Assembly (NCBI GenBank): GCA_965221165.1
Contig: CBDCRP010000002.1
Span: forward strand, 160,001-224,000
DNA: 64,000 nt
Direction of reading: 5' to 3'
DNA from: a bacterium
Lineage (GTDB): Bacteria > UBA8248
Both the position numbers and the translations under genes were made by a program. Below are positions 38,222 through 47,982 of the stretch, one piece after another. Every line of letters starts with the position of its first letter. The first letter of the stretch is position 1. The notes under the pieces were generated by a model. It was not told where the DNA came from. It did no database searches and saw only the letters and a program-made list of their open reading frames with translations.

Positions 38222-38536
38222 ATGATCGAGAAGAAGCCACTCATTGTCGAAATCGGTCAAGGGGGGAGAATCCATCTTCCGAAGGATGTCATGAAATCCC
38301 TGGACGCCGGGCCCGGGAATCAAATCAGGTTCGAGGTCGAGGGGGAATCCGTGCGGATTCTGCGGCACCAGGTAAAAGACCCGTTCGCCGAAGCGGCCAG
38401 GAAGAAGAGTCCCGACATCCAGGAGTTGATGAGCCAACAGGCGGCCAGAAAAAAAGAGGCCGCCGACCTTTTCGACAAGGGAATGCAGGAGAAACACGAA
38501 ATCAGGCCCGAGGACAGGGAGGATTTCTGGCGATAG
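38222..38536 (+). CDS. AbrB/MazE/SpoVT-family DNA-binding protein
   Basis: IGQGGRIHLPKDV...GNQIRF swapped-hairpin signature; RBS GGAGA. Confidence 0.75.
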   Translation: MIEKKPLIVEIGQGGRIHLPKDVMKSLDAGPGNQIRFEVEGESVRILRHQVKDPFAEAARKKSPDIQELMSQQAARKKEAADLFDKGMQEKHEIRPEDREDFWR

Positions 38537-38571
38537 CGGCGAAGAGCAAGAGTAAACCGCCGCGAAATCCC

Positions 38572-40470
38572 CTACAGGCTGAATCCTTCCTCAAAGCGGA
38601 TGTCGGCTGCTTGCCTGAGTTTTTCCAGATACCGACTGAACACCATCGCCTTTTTCAAGCGAAGCGCGCCTTGCCGGAAATCCGCTTTCTCGGACTCGAA
38701 TTTCTTCATGTCCGCCTTGGGCCCCTCCAGTACTTCGAACAAAATCACGTCGTTTCCGGATTCGGCCGTCCCGAATGCGCCCCTGGCAAGGGTGAATGCG
38801 AGGTTCGAGACCTCCTGAGAAGACCCGAGCGCAGGAGGAACGCCCGTTCGTTTGAAGGCTTCGGGCTTGAGCACCTTGAGTTTCAGCTCCTCGGCGATGG
38901 CCGAGAGGTCACGCTTTTCATCCTTCAACTCCTGAAGCCAAAGCGCCGCTTTTCGTTTCGCGATCTCAGCCCCCTTGAACCGCAGGAATGCGCTCTCCAC
39001 CTGTTTGCGCACATCCGGGAATTTCGGAACGTAAGGCGCTCTTTTCGCTTCGAGCCGCACGAAGCTGACGCCGCCCTCCCCTTCCCGCTCCCTGGATATC
39101 TTTTCCTCTCCCCTCAGGCCGAAAGCAAGCTCACTCACGATGTTGGCTGCAGGCACTTTCCGTGAAAGACGGCCACTTTCAAAGAAACCGGTTTCTCCTT
39201 TTTTCAGCCCGTCGAGATAAGGCTCCGCCTTCTTGTCCTCCACCGCATAGCGGATTTTTCTGAGTTCGCTCCTCGCCCGCTGCTTGGCGCGCAAGTCCCG
39301 CAAATCCCTTTCCACTTCCTTTCGAACTTCCTCGAAGGGCTTCTCCCCGGGCAACAGCCGATCCCGCACCCACAAGAGGTGCATCCCGAAAGAAGTCTTT
39401 ACCGGCTTGCTCACCTCTCCCTTTTTCAGGCCATACGCCACATTCTCCAGTTCGGGCAGCATCTGCCCTCTACCGAACGTGCCGAGATCACCACCTCGCT
39501 TCGCCCCCGGGCCTTCGGAGTGCGCTTTCGCCAGTTCGGTGAATTTTTCGCCCTTCATGATGCGCTCGCGCAACCCGTCGAGCTTATTCCTGCTCGCTTC
39601 CACCAGCTCTTTTTTCGCATCGGGAGGAAGTTTCAAAAAGATTTGATTCACCGATACGCTCTCCTTGCGCGTATATTTCGTGCGGGTTCGCCCGTAGTGA
39701 AACCTCAAATCCGCATCCCCAAGCTCGATTCCTTTCGACATTGCGGAAAACGGGAGATGCCACCAGGATACCTTCCTCTGCGGGCCGGTCTTGAACTGAT
39801 TTTTATTTTTTTCATAATGGGCTTTCAGATCGGTCTCCAACTTCGACACTTCCCCGGCGAACATCTGCGGTCGCAGGCGAATGGCGGCCACCTTGATTTC
39901 CGCGTTTCGCCATTCATAAGCGCGGCGCGCTTCTTGCTCAGTGACCAATACGCCCGTGTCCACATAGTCACGAAGCTGATTGAGGAGAACAACCCTTTTT
40001 TGGTCCTCCTCGAACTGGCGCGGGGTGATGCCGTTCGATTCCAGGATGTCACGATATCGCTGGGCATCGAATTTCCCGTCTGTCTGAAAGGGGGGGAGCG
40101 TTTGTATCTGAAGGGCGACTTGGGCCTTGGTGGCCTCAATTCCGATCCGCTGCGCCTCGCGCAGTTGAAGTTTTTCCAATATGAGGGAATCGAGCGTCTG
40201 GCGCCTCAACCCGAGCCGGCGCGCGAGTTCTTCGTTGTAGGCGGCGCCGAGTTGTCGTCTGAGCCTTTCGGCCTGTTGATAATAGCGCTGCTCGAATTCG
40301 CGCACGGATATCGGCGTATCGCCGACCCACGCCGCGACCCGCCCACCTCCGGGATTGTTCTGTCTACCCGTGAGCGCGAACCCGCCGAAAGATACGAATG
40401 TAAGCGCCACGAAGCCGAGCAACGCCTTCAGGACCCAGCTTTTTCCCTTCTCTCTCAAAAAGCGAAGCAT
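38572..40470 (-). CDS. ppiD: PpiD-like periplasmic chaperone / parvulin PPIase
   Basis: N-terminal membrane anchor, SurA_N-like region, parvulin motifs GGDLG.F and FG.H; divergent from mreB. Confidence 0.85.
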   Translation of the reverse strand: MLRFLREKGKSWVLKALLGFVALTFVSFGGFALTGRQNNPGGGRVAAWVGDTPISVREFEQRYYQQAERLRRQLGAAYNEELARRLGLRRQTLDSLILEKLQLREAQRIGIEATKAQVALQIQTLPPFQTDGKFDAQRYRDILESNGITPRQFEEDQKRVVLLNQLRDYVDTGVLVTEQEARRAYEWRNAEIKVAAIRLRPQMFAGEVSKLETDLKAHYEKNKNQFKTGPQRKVSWWHLPFSAMSKGIELGDADLRFHYGRTRTKYTRKESVSVNQIFLKLPPDAKKELVEASRNKLDGLRERIMKGEKFTELAKAHSEGPGAKRGGDLGTFGRGQMLPELENVAYGLKKGEVSKPVKTSFGMHLLWVRDRLLPGEKPFEEVRKEVERDLRDLRAKQRARSELRKIRYAVEDKKAEPYLDGLKKGETGFFESGRLSRKVPAANIVSELAFGLRGEEKISREREGEGGVSFVRLEAKRAPYVPKFPDVRKQVESAFLRFKGAEIAKRKAALWLQELKDEKRDLSAIAEELKLKVLKPEAFKRTGVPPALGSSQEVSNLAFTLARGAFGTAESGNDVILFEVLEGPKADMKKFESEKADFRQGALRLKKAMVFSRYLEKLRQAADIRFEEGFSL

Positions 40471-40713
40471 CAATGTTGAACTCCTTCAAAATCGACCGCA
40501 TATAGGATCGAACACGATTTTTGCGGCGAGCAAAAGAGAAAATAGCCCACCTCTGCTCGCATCGCAAACGGGAGAAGGTGAATTTTTCGGGCCCCGCCCA
40601 TCGCACATGGAAATTTTCATAGGCTAAAGGCTCGTTTATTCTTGAAATTGGTACTTCCCTTGATTATTCTCACTTGGGATGCTAATCATACTGCAACTAC
40701 CGCCCGTGGATGA

Positions 40714-41772
<1,059 letters not shown>

Positions 41773-41851
41773 CCGAGACGCTTCACCGGAGCCTCGGCCA
41801 CTGCCTGCAATAGTGCTTTCGCACTCTACCCCGAATGAACCCTAGAACATT

Positions 41852-42685
41852 ATGTTCCAGTTTTTTATCGAACGCCGAAACATTGCCCTCCTCCTGGGGC
41901 TGTTTCTCGTCTGCTTCACGCTCATGACACTCAGCGTGCGCTTTCGGGGCCAATCCACTTTAATAGAGAGAGGGCTTTTGTCCCTCAGCGGAGCGGCCAT
42001 CCAGATGGCCGACACCCCCAGAAAATGGTCGGTCGAAGTCTGGCAAAAATACCTGCTCCTGAAGACCGCACAGGAAGAAAACGTCGTGTTGAAGCAAAAG
42101 CTGCAATCGCTCAATACGCATCATGCGCAGATACAGGAGTTGAAATCGGAAATCGCGCGTCTCGAGAAATTGCTTGGCGCTTCGAGGAATTTGGCGGCGC
42201 CCGTTCGCCTCGCGCGGATAGTGGCTCACGGCAAAAGCATCTATGGGCAATCGCTGATAGTGGACATCGGCTCGAAAGACGGCGCGCGCAAGAATATGCC
42301 GGTCATGCACCAGAGGGGACTCGTGGGGAGAATCTCCCGCGTGGGGAATAACGTGAGCCAGGTCTTGACCCTCCTCGACTCGAGAAGCGCGGTCAATGTC
42401 ATCGCGCAGCCCTCGCGCGCGCAAGGGGTTTTCTCCATTTCCTCGGCAGGAGAAGGCGAGGTGCGCTACATGCCGCTCGACATGGGAATCAAGAAAGGAG
42501 ACTTACTCGTTTCCTCCGGGTTGGGCGGTATTTTCCCAAAAGGATTCCCCGTGGCCCATATAACGCAGGTCATTGACGCGAATGGATTGTTTCCCAAAAT
42601 AAGGGCCAAGGCGATTGTAAATTTTTCTAACCTGGAAGAAGTGATGATCCTGATGACGAAGCCTAAGGAAAATCCCTGGAAATGA
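41852..42685 (+). CDS. mreC: Rod shape-determining protein MreC
   Basis: TM plus coiled coil, GLVGRI and SSGLGGIFPKG motifs; synteny. Confidence 0.95.
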   Translation: MFQFFIERRNIALLLGLFLVCFTLMTLSVRFRGQSTLIERGLLSLSGAAIQMADTPRKWSVEVWQKYLLLKTAQEENVVLKQKLQSLNTHHAQIQELKSEIARLEKLLGASRNLAAPVRLARIVAHGKSIYGQSLIVDIGSKDGARKNMPVMHQRGLVGRISRVGNNVSQVLTLLDSRSAVNVIAQPSRAQGVFSISSAGEGEVRYMPLDMGIKKGDLLVSSGLGGIFPKGFPVAHITQVIDANGLFPKIRAKAIVNFSNLEEVMILMTKPKENPWK

Positions 42686-43203
42686 TTGTTTTATTTTATG
42701 CAATACTCGCCATCCTGGCTATCGCCTTTCACACGTCGGTGGCGCAATACTTTTCGGATTGGGTTAACGCCAGGCCGGATGCTATCCTTCTCACGACGGT
42801 CTTCCTGGGTCTGCATCGCCGTAGAGAAACGGGTCTCATCGGAGGATTCAGCCTCGGGATTTTTCAGGATGTGCTTTCAGGGGGTTTGTTGGGCTTCAAT
42901 GCGCTTCTGAAAGGGCTGATTGGTTATTACACGGGCCGCCTGAGACGCAACATGACGGCGCGAATCTTCTTTTTTCACTGCGCCGTGGTGTTTTTCGCCT
43001 CGGTATTCGATATTTTGTTTTCAGCGCTTCTCGTGCAAATATTTCTGCCCGCTCAATTTCTGACCATCAATTATTGGATAGAAGGAATCAAGACCGTGGG
43101 GTTGAATGTCGCGCTGGCGCCGTTTGTCATGAATTTTCTGGCCCAAATCGAACACAAAGTCTTCCCGTCCGGCACGGGCGCACCCTACGCAGAGCGATCC
43201 TGA
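42682..43203 (+). CDS. mreD: Rod shape-determining protein MreD
   Basis: Hydrophobic, PD and G...D motifs; synteny. Confidence 0.9.
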   Translation: MIVLFYAILAILAIAFHTSVAQYFSDWVNARPDAILLTTVFLGLHRRRETGLIGGFSLGIFQDVLSGGLLGFNALLKGLIGYYTGRLRRNMTARIFFFHCAVVFFASVFDILFSALLVQIFLPAQFLTINYWIEGIKTVGLNVALAPFVMNFLAQIEHKVFPSGTGAPYAERS

Positions 43204-43204
43204 G

Positions 43205-45106
43205 ATGAAAGAGTGGCAGGTCAATTCGAATCCCGAGGCGACCGACGCTCTCAGGCGCCGCGTTCTCATATTCGGCGCCTGCTTCGGCCTCATCCTCTTC
43301 GGCTTGTTCATCAGACTCTGGAACCTTCAGGTGATTCAGGGCGCAAAATTCCGATTCCTCTCCGAGGACAACCGGATCGCCTATCGCCTCGTGCAAAGTC
43401 CCAGGGGCATGGTGTTCGACTCGAAGGGAGAACTGCTTGCGGACAACCGCGCGTCGTTCAACATTTACATGATTCGGGAGAATGCGAAAAAATTAAAGCC
43501 GACCATTCGGGTGCTGGCCGAAATCACCGAACAATCCTTTAAGGAACTCGACAAGAAAGTCCGGCGCGCGAACCCATTCCGCCCATTTCTCATCAAGGCG
43601 GACATCAGTCGGAAAACCATGGCCTTCCTGGAAGAACACAAGCCCGATTATCCCGGCGTATTCGTTCAGGTGACGCCGCTCAGGCAATACCCCTCACAGG
43701 AGCAAGCGGGGCATCTTTTGGGTTATATGGGCGAGATTAACGACCGGCAGTTGCAACGCTTGAAAAAACAAAATTACCGGCAGGGAGATTTGCTGGGCAA
43801 ATACGGAATCGAGCGAACCCAGGAAAAATTCCTGCGCGGCAAAAGCGGTTTCAAGCAGGTGGAAGTAGACGCCTACGGGAGAGAATTGCGCGTCGTGCGC
43901 CCATTCGTGGAAAAACCCGGAAACAACGTCTACCTGACGATTGACCTGGAACTCCAGAAAAAGGCGGAGGAGTTGTTTGAACAACACGAAGGCAGCATCG
44001 TCGTCCTCGACCCATCGGATGGCGCCATTCTCGCCTTGGTCAGCAAGCCGTCATTGAATCCAACCATCTTCGCCGGCGGCATTGACGCCAAAACCTGGGA
44101 AACCCTCTCGAAAGACCCTCTGAAACCGCTCGAGAACCGGGCTACGCGAGGCCAATACCCCCCGGGCTCGATTTTCAAAATCTTGATGGGTTTCGCCATT
44201 CTGAACGAGAAAATCGTCGGTTCCAATGAAAAAATAAGCTGCCACGGCTCTTTCCAATTCGGGAAAAAACTATTTCGCGACTGGAAACAGGGCGGGCATG
44301 GACCTGTAGACTTCACGCAGTCCCTGGCCCAAAGTTGCGACGTCTACTACTACATTAACGGGAACAAGCTGGGCATCGAGAGAATCGCGCGTTACGCACG
44401 CATGTTCGGCCTGGGGTCGCCCACCGGCTTCGCCGCCGCCGAAAAAGGGGGCCTCGTGCCATCGGACGCGTGGAAGCGCCGCCGATTCAAGGAAAAATGG
44501 TATGACGGCGAGACAATCAGCGTGTCCATCGGCCAGGGCTTCAACCTCGTCACGCCCTTGCAGGCGGCCAACCTCATCGCCACGGTGGCGAACGGCGGTT
44601 ACCTCTGGAAACCGTATGTCGTGAAAAAAGTGCTGCGCACCGACGGCAGGCCGCTTTTCGAAGCCAAGCCCCGACTCATTCGCAAAATTCCGATATCACA
44701 AGAAATTTTCCAGAAAATTCGAGAAGGACTCAAAGAGGTCGTCCACGGCGAGCGGGGCACGGCGAAAAAAGCGCAGGTGCCGGGAATCTTCGTCGGCGGC
44801 AAGACGGGCACCGCCCAGACGGTCGACCTGAAATATACGGGCCGTAAAAGAAAGCCGGAAGAACTCCCGCGAAAATTCAGGGATCATGGATGGTTCGTCG
44901 CATTCGCTCCCTACGAGAATCCCACCATAGCCATCGCCATTCTAGGAGAAAATGCCGGCAGGCCGGGGTCATTTTTCACCCCATACGCCAAAGAACTGAT
45001 TTCCTTCCATCTCGAGAAAACCGGGCAACGGATTCTGGCCTCCGGCGCGGCGGATCGGGAAAAAACGAGCCCCTCGAACGTCCGGACGCCTGGAGAGCGC
45101 AGATGA
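43205..45106 (+). CDS. mrdA: Penicillin-binding protein 2
   Basis: PGSIFK (SxxK), SCD and KTGTAQ motifs. Confidence 0.95.
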   Translation: MKEWQVNSNPEATDALRRRVLIFGACFGLILFGLFIRLWNLQVIQGAKFRFLSEDNRIAYRLVQSPRGMVFDSKGELLADNRASFNIYMIRENAKKLKPTIRVLAEITEQSFKELDKKVRRANPFRPFLIKADISRKTMAFLEEHKPDYPGVFVQVTPLRQYPSQEQAGHLLGYMGEINDRQLQRLKKQNYRQGDLLGKYGIERTQEKFLRGKSGFKQVEVDAYGRELRVVRPFVEKPGNNVYLTIDLELQKKAEELFEQHEGSIVVLDPSDGAILALVSKPSLNPTIFAGGIDAKTWETLSKDPLKPLENRATRGQYPPGSIFKILMGFAILNEKIVGSNEKISCHGSFQFGKKLFRDWKQGGHGPVDFTQSLAQSCDVYYYINGNKLGIERIARYARMFGLGSPTGFAAAEKGGLVPSDAWKRRRFKEKWYDGETISVSIGQGFNLVTPLQAANLIATVANGGYLWKPYVVKKVLRTDGRPLFEAKPRLIRKIPISQEIFQKIREGLKEVVHGERGTAKKAQVPGIFVGGKTGTAQTVDLKYTGRKRKPEELPRKFRDHGWFVAFAPYENPTIAIAILGENAGRPGSFFTPYAKELISFHLEKTGQRILASGAADREKTSPSNVRTPGERR

Positions 45107-46245
45107 AAGGCATCGTTCCTTCCCAATCATCCCCTTTTCGGCGAGCCGTCTCTCAGATGGACTGGCTGCTCCTTCTCACCACACTATTGCTCAGCTTGAC
45201 GGGCATTTTCATGATCTACAGCGCGATTCATTCCAACCCCGTTTTTCTGAAAAATTCCCTGCACCTCAAACAAGCGCTGTGGTCATCCATCGGATTGGGC
45301 ATATTACTTTGCATTCTCTTTATCGACTACCACATTTTTACGCAATGGGCCTATCTTTTTTACGCCCTCGTCATCGTTCTGCTCATCGGCGTCCTCTTCT
45401 CGGGCCAGGTGGTCTACGGCGCGAAACGCTGGCTCGTTTTCGGGCCCTTTCGCCTGCAACCCTCCGAATTTGCGCGCCTGGCGGTCATTCTCGTGTTCGC
45501 CAGGTACTTCGGCTCTCGCGGAGAGGAAGAGCCCGTCGGCTTCAAAGAGCTTCTCGCGCCATTTCTTCTGGCTGTCGCGCCCGTGCTGCTGATTGTGAAA
45601 CAACCCGATTTGGGCACCGGGCTCACGGTCCTCCTCATATCGGGAGCCATGATCCTGGCCGTTGGCGTCAAAAGAAGAGTCATCATCACCATGGGAAGCA
45701 TGGCGGTCGCGTGCGCGCCCCTGGGCTGGTTTTTTCTCAAGGACTATCAACGCCGCCGCATATTGACGCTCCTCGACCCCGAGGCCGACCCCCTCGGCGC
45801 GGGATACCAGAGCATGCAAAGCATCATCGCCGTTGGCAGCGGGGAAATCTGGGGCAAGGGGCTTCTCCAGGGCACCCAGAGCAGGCTTCATTTCCTGCCG
45901 GAGAAACACACCGATTTTATTTTTTCCGTACTAAGCGAGGAACTGGGTTTTATCGGCAGCGCCACCGTGTTGGCGTTGTTCTTCATTTTTATTTTACGGT
46001 GCCTGAGCGCGGCGCTGAACGCCGCCGACAAGGAAGGCGCGCTGCTCGCCGTAGGCATCACCACGGCGTTTTTCCTCTACATGATATTCAATATCGGAAT
46101 GACGCTCGGCCTGATGCCCATCGTCGGAATTCCGCTTCCGCTGGTCAGTTACGGGGGAAGCGCCTCCATCTCATCTTTCATCGCCATCGCCCTGGTCTTG
46201 AACGTCAGCATGAGAAGAAAAAGCCTCACTCCCCTGTTCGGCTAG
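45103..46245 (+). CDS. rodA: Rod shape-determining protein RodA (SEDS)
   Basis: GAKRW, QPSEF, QPDLGT, LPEKHTDF and PLVSYGGS motifs; ATG overlaps the mrdA stop. Confidence 0.96.
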   Translation: MKGIVPSQSSPFRRAVSQMDWLLLLTTLLLSLTGIFMIYSAIHSNPVFLKNSLHLKQALWSSIGLGILLCILFIDYHIFTQWAYLFYALVIVLLIGVLFSGQVVYGAKRWLVFGPFRLQPSEFARLAVILVFARYFGSRGEEEPVGFKELLAPFLLAVAPVLLIVKQPDLGTGLTVLLISGAMILAVGVKRRVIITMGSMAVACAPLGWFFLKDYQRRRILTLLDPEADPLGAGYQSMQSIIAVGSGEIWGKGLLQGTQSRLHFLPEKHTDFIFSVLSEELGFIGSATVLALFFIFILRCLSAALNAADKEGALLAVGITTAFFLYMIFNIGMTLGLMPIVGIPLPLVSYGGSASISSFIAIALVLNVSMRRKSLTPLFG

Positions 46246-46252
46246 CCTGCCC

Positions 46253-47716
46253 TTATTCTCCAGTTTCCTTCTCTCCCGGTGGCGGGGACGCGAAACTATT
46301 GCCGATGGCGATGACGGCGTCGCGCCCGCCGTGTCGCTCGACCAGCGCCGCCTGCTCCGCTTTCGCGCGCCTATCCACCTCATCCGGGTCGAGGATGCGC
46401 AAAAGACGCGCTTCCAAATCCGAAAGGACGGATTGATGCGCAGGACTTCGGGAGATGTCGTGGCGTTCTTCGGGGTCGTCTTCCAGATCGAATAGTTCGG
46501 GGTCGTGCCCCACGTAGTGGATATACTTGTAGCGTCCGCGACGAATCATGAACAATCCCGTTTTGGCGCCGAGCGCATGGAATTCACTGAAAATCTCGCG
46601 CTCCGAATCATCCGGTTCGTTCGCGATTCGGAACAACGAGGCGCCGTGCAGCCCCTCGTCCTCCTCACTCTCCAAAAGGCCGGCGCCATCGAGCGCGGTC
46701 GGATACAAATCGATGAGCGAGACCGGCGTTCGCGATACCTCCCCCCTCGGAAGGTCCGGGCCGGAGACGATGAGAGGGACGGCGACGGATTCTTCATACA
46801 TGGTGGATTTTCCCCAAAGACCACGCTCGCCCAGGTTGTCGCCATGGTCGCTGGCGAAGAGCACGCGCGTATTTTCCCCAAATCCCGATTCTTCCAGGGC
46901 GTTCAGGATTTTTCCGACGTTCGAATCCACATAGCTGATCATGGCGAAATAAGACGCCAGGGCGACCCGGCGCTTATGGTCATCGAAATACACGTCATAA
47001 GGGGCGCATTCGTGAAGCGCCGCAATCCAGGGGTGCCAATCGTAGCCACCAGAGGAGTGCGGCCTGGGGAGCGGGATATCTTCCGGCGGATAGAGGTCAT
47101 AAAACCCGGGCGGCCCGATGAAGGGAAAATGCGGACACGTGAGGGAGACGAACAATGCCCAGGGGCGCCCAACGTATTTCGGCGCTTCCCGGGCAAGCCA
47201 TTCGCAGGCCAAATCCGTGACTTGTCCGTCATACGCAATGTATTGGGAATCTCCCGGCCCGATGCGCTCGGCCATCCACTCCGGATGGTTCCTGGGCGGC
47301 AAGCCTTTCTCATCCCGAACCGCGCTGAAAATATCGCCCACCCCCCCCTTGGGTAAATGCAGGGGGATGATCTGCTCGTCGAAACCGGCGGGGAATTCGG
47401 CGTTTCGGTAATGAAGCTTGCCGACCGATGTGGTTCTCACGCCGTTTTCCTGCAGACGGTGGCCCCAACTCGGGGGTGCTCCCTCATAAGGGTGCGCATT
47501 GTCCCAGGCGCTGATTTCGTGCACATACCTGCCCGTGGCGAAACTCGCGCGCGCCGGCGCGCAGATGGGGCAGTTCGTGTAGGCGCTCTCAAAGCGCGTG
47601 CCCGACGCAGCGAGCGCATCGAGGTTCGGCGTCTTGACGAGGGGATGGCCATAGCAACCCAGGGTATTCCGGGTGTGTTCATCGTCCATCAGGAGCAAAA
47701 AATTCATCGGCTTCAT
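46253..47716 (-). CDS. Sulfatase (choline-sulfatase-like)
   Basis: CAPAR formylglycine motif, GKLH, SDHG, KSTMYEES and ELFDL..DP.E motifs. Confidence 0.92.
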   Translation of the reverse strand: MKPMNFLLLMDDEHTRNTLGCYGHPLVKTPNLDALAASGTRFESAYTNCPICAPARASFATGRYVHEISAWDNAHPYEGAPPSWGHRLQENGVRTTSVGKLHYRNAEFPAGFDEQIIPLHLPKGGVGDIFSAVRDEKGLPPRNHPEWMAERIGPGDSQYIAYDGQVTDLACEWLAREAPKYVGRPWALFVSLTCPHFPFIGPPGFYDLYPPEDIPLPRPHSSGGYDWHPWIAALHECAPYDVYFDDHKRRVALASYFAMISYVDSNVGKILNALEESGFGENTRVLFASDHGDNLGERGLWGKSTMYEESVAVPLIVSGPDLPRGEVSRTPVSLIDLYPTALDGAGLLESEEDEGLHGASLFRIANEPDDSEREIFSEFHALGAKTGLFMIRRGRYKYIHYVGHDPELFDLEDDPEERHDISRSPAHQSVLSDLEARLLRILDPDEVDRRAKAEQAALVERHGGRDAVIAIGNSFASPPPGEKETGE

Positions 47717-47982
47717 CCGCGAAACTCCTCGAGTTGACAAAAAATCCTGAAAATTCGTGAAAGAATAATATCTCCTAAAATACGGGATTGGGAAATACAT
47801 CTCCCCGCACATCACGCCGAAACGCCCCTTCCCACATTCCTTGGTTGCTTATTCCGCACATATACTTCAGTATGTGAAAATCCGTTCGCCCAGGCCCCCG
47901 AGATACAAGGCGCAGGCCGGTGAACAGAGGTAGAATATATCGCCCTTCGCATATGGCGAGAGGCTTTAACAGGTCGAACATA

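Noticed and set aside
47780-47982. Cobalamin riboswitch upstream of the B12-binding radical SAM
   Set aside because: Only a GTGAAAATCC fragment resembles the motif; the preceding AGGGAA and the following CCC.C.ACTGT elements are missing.
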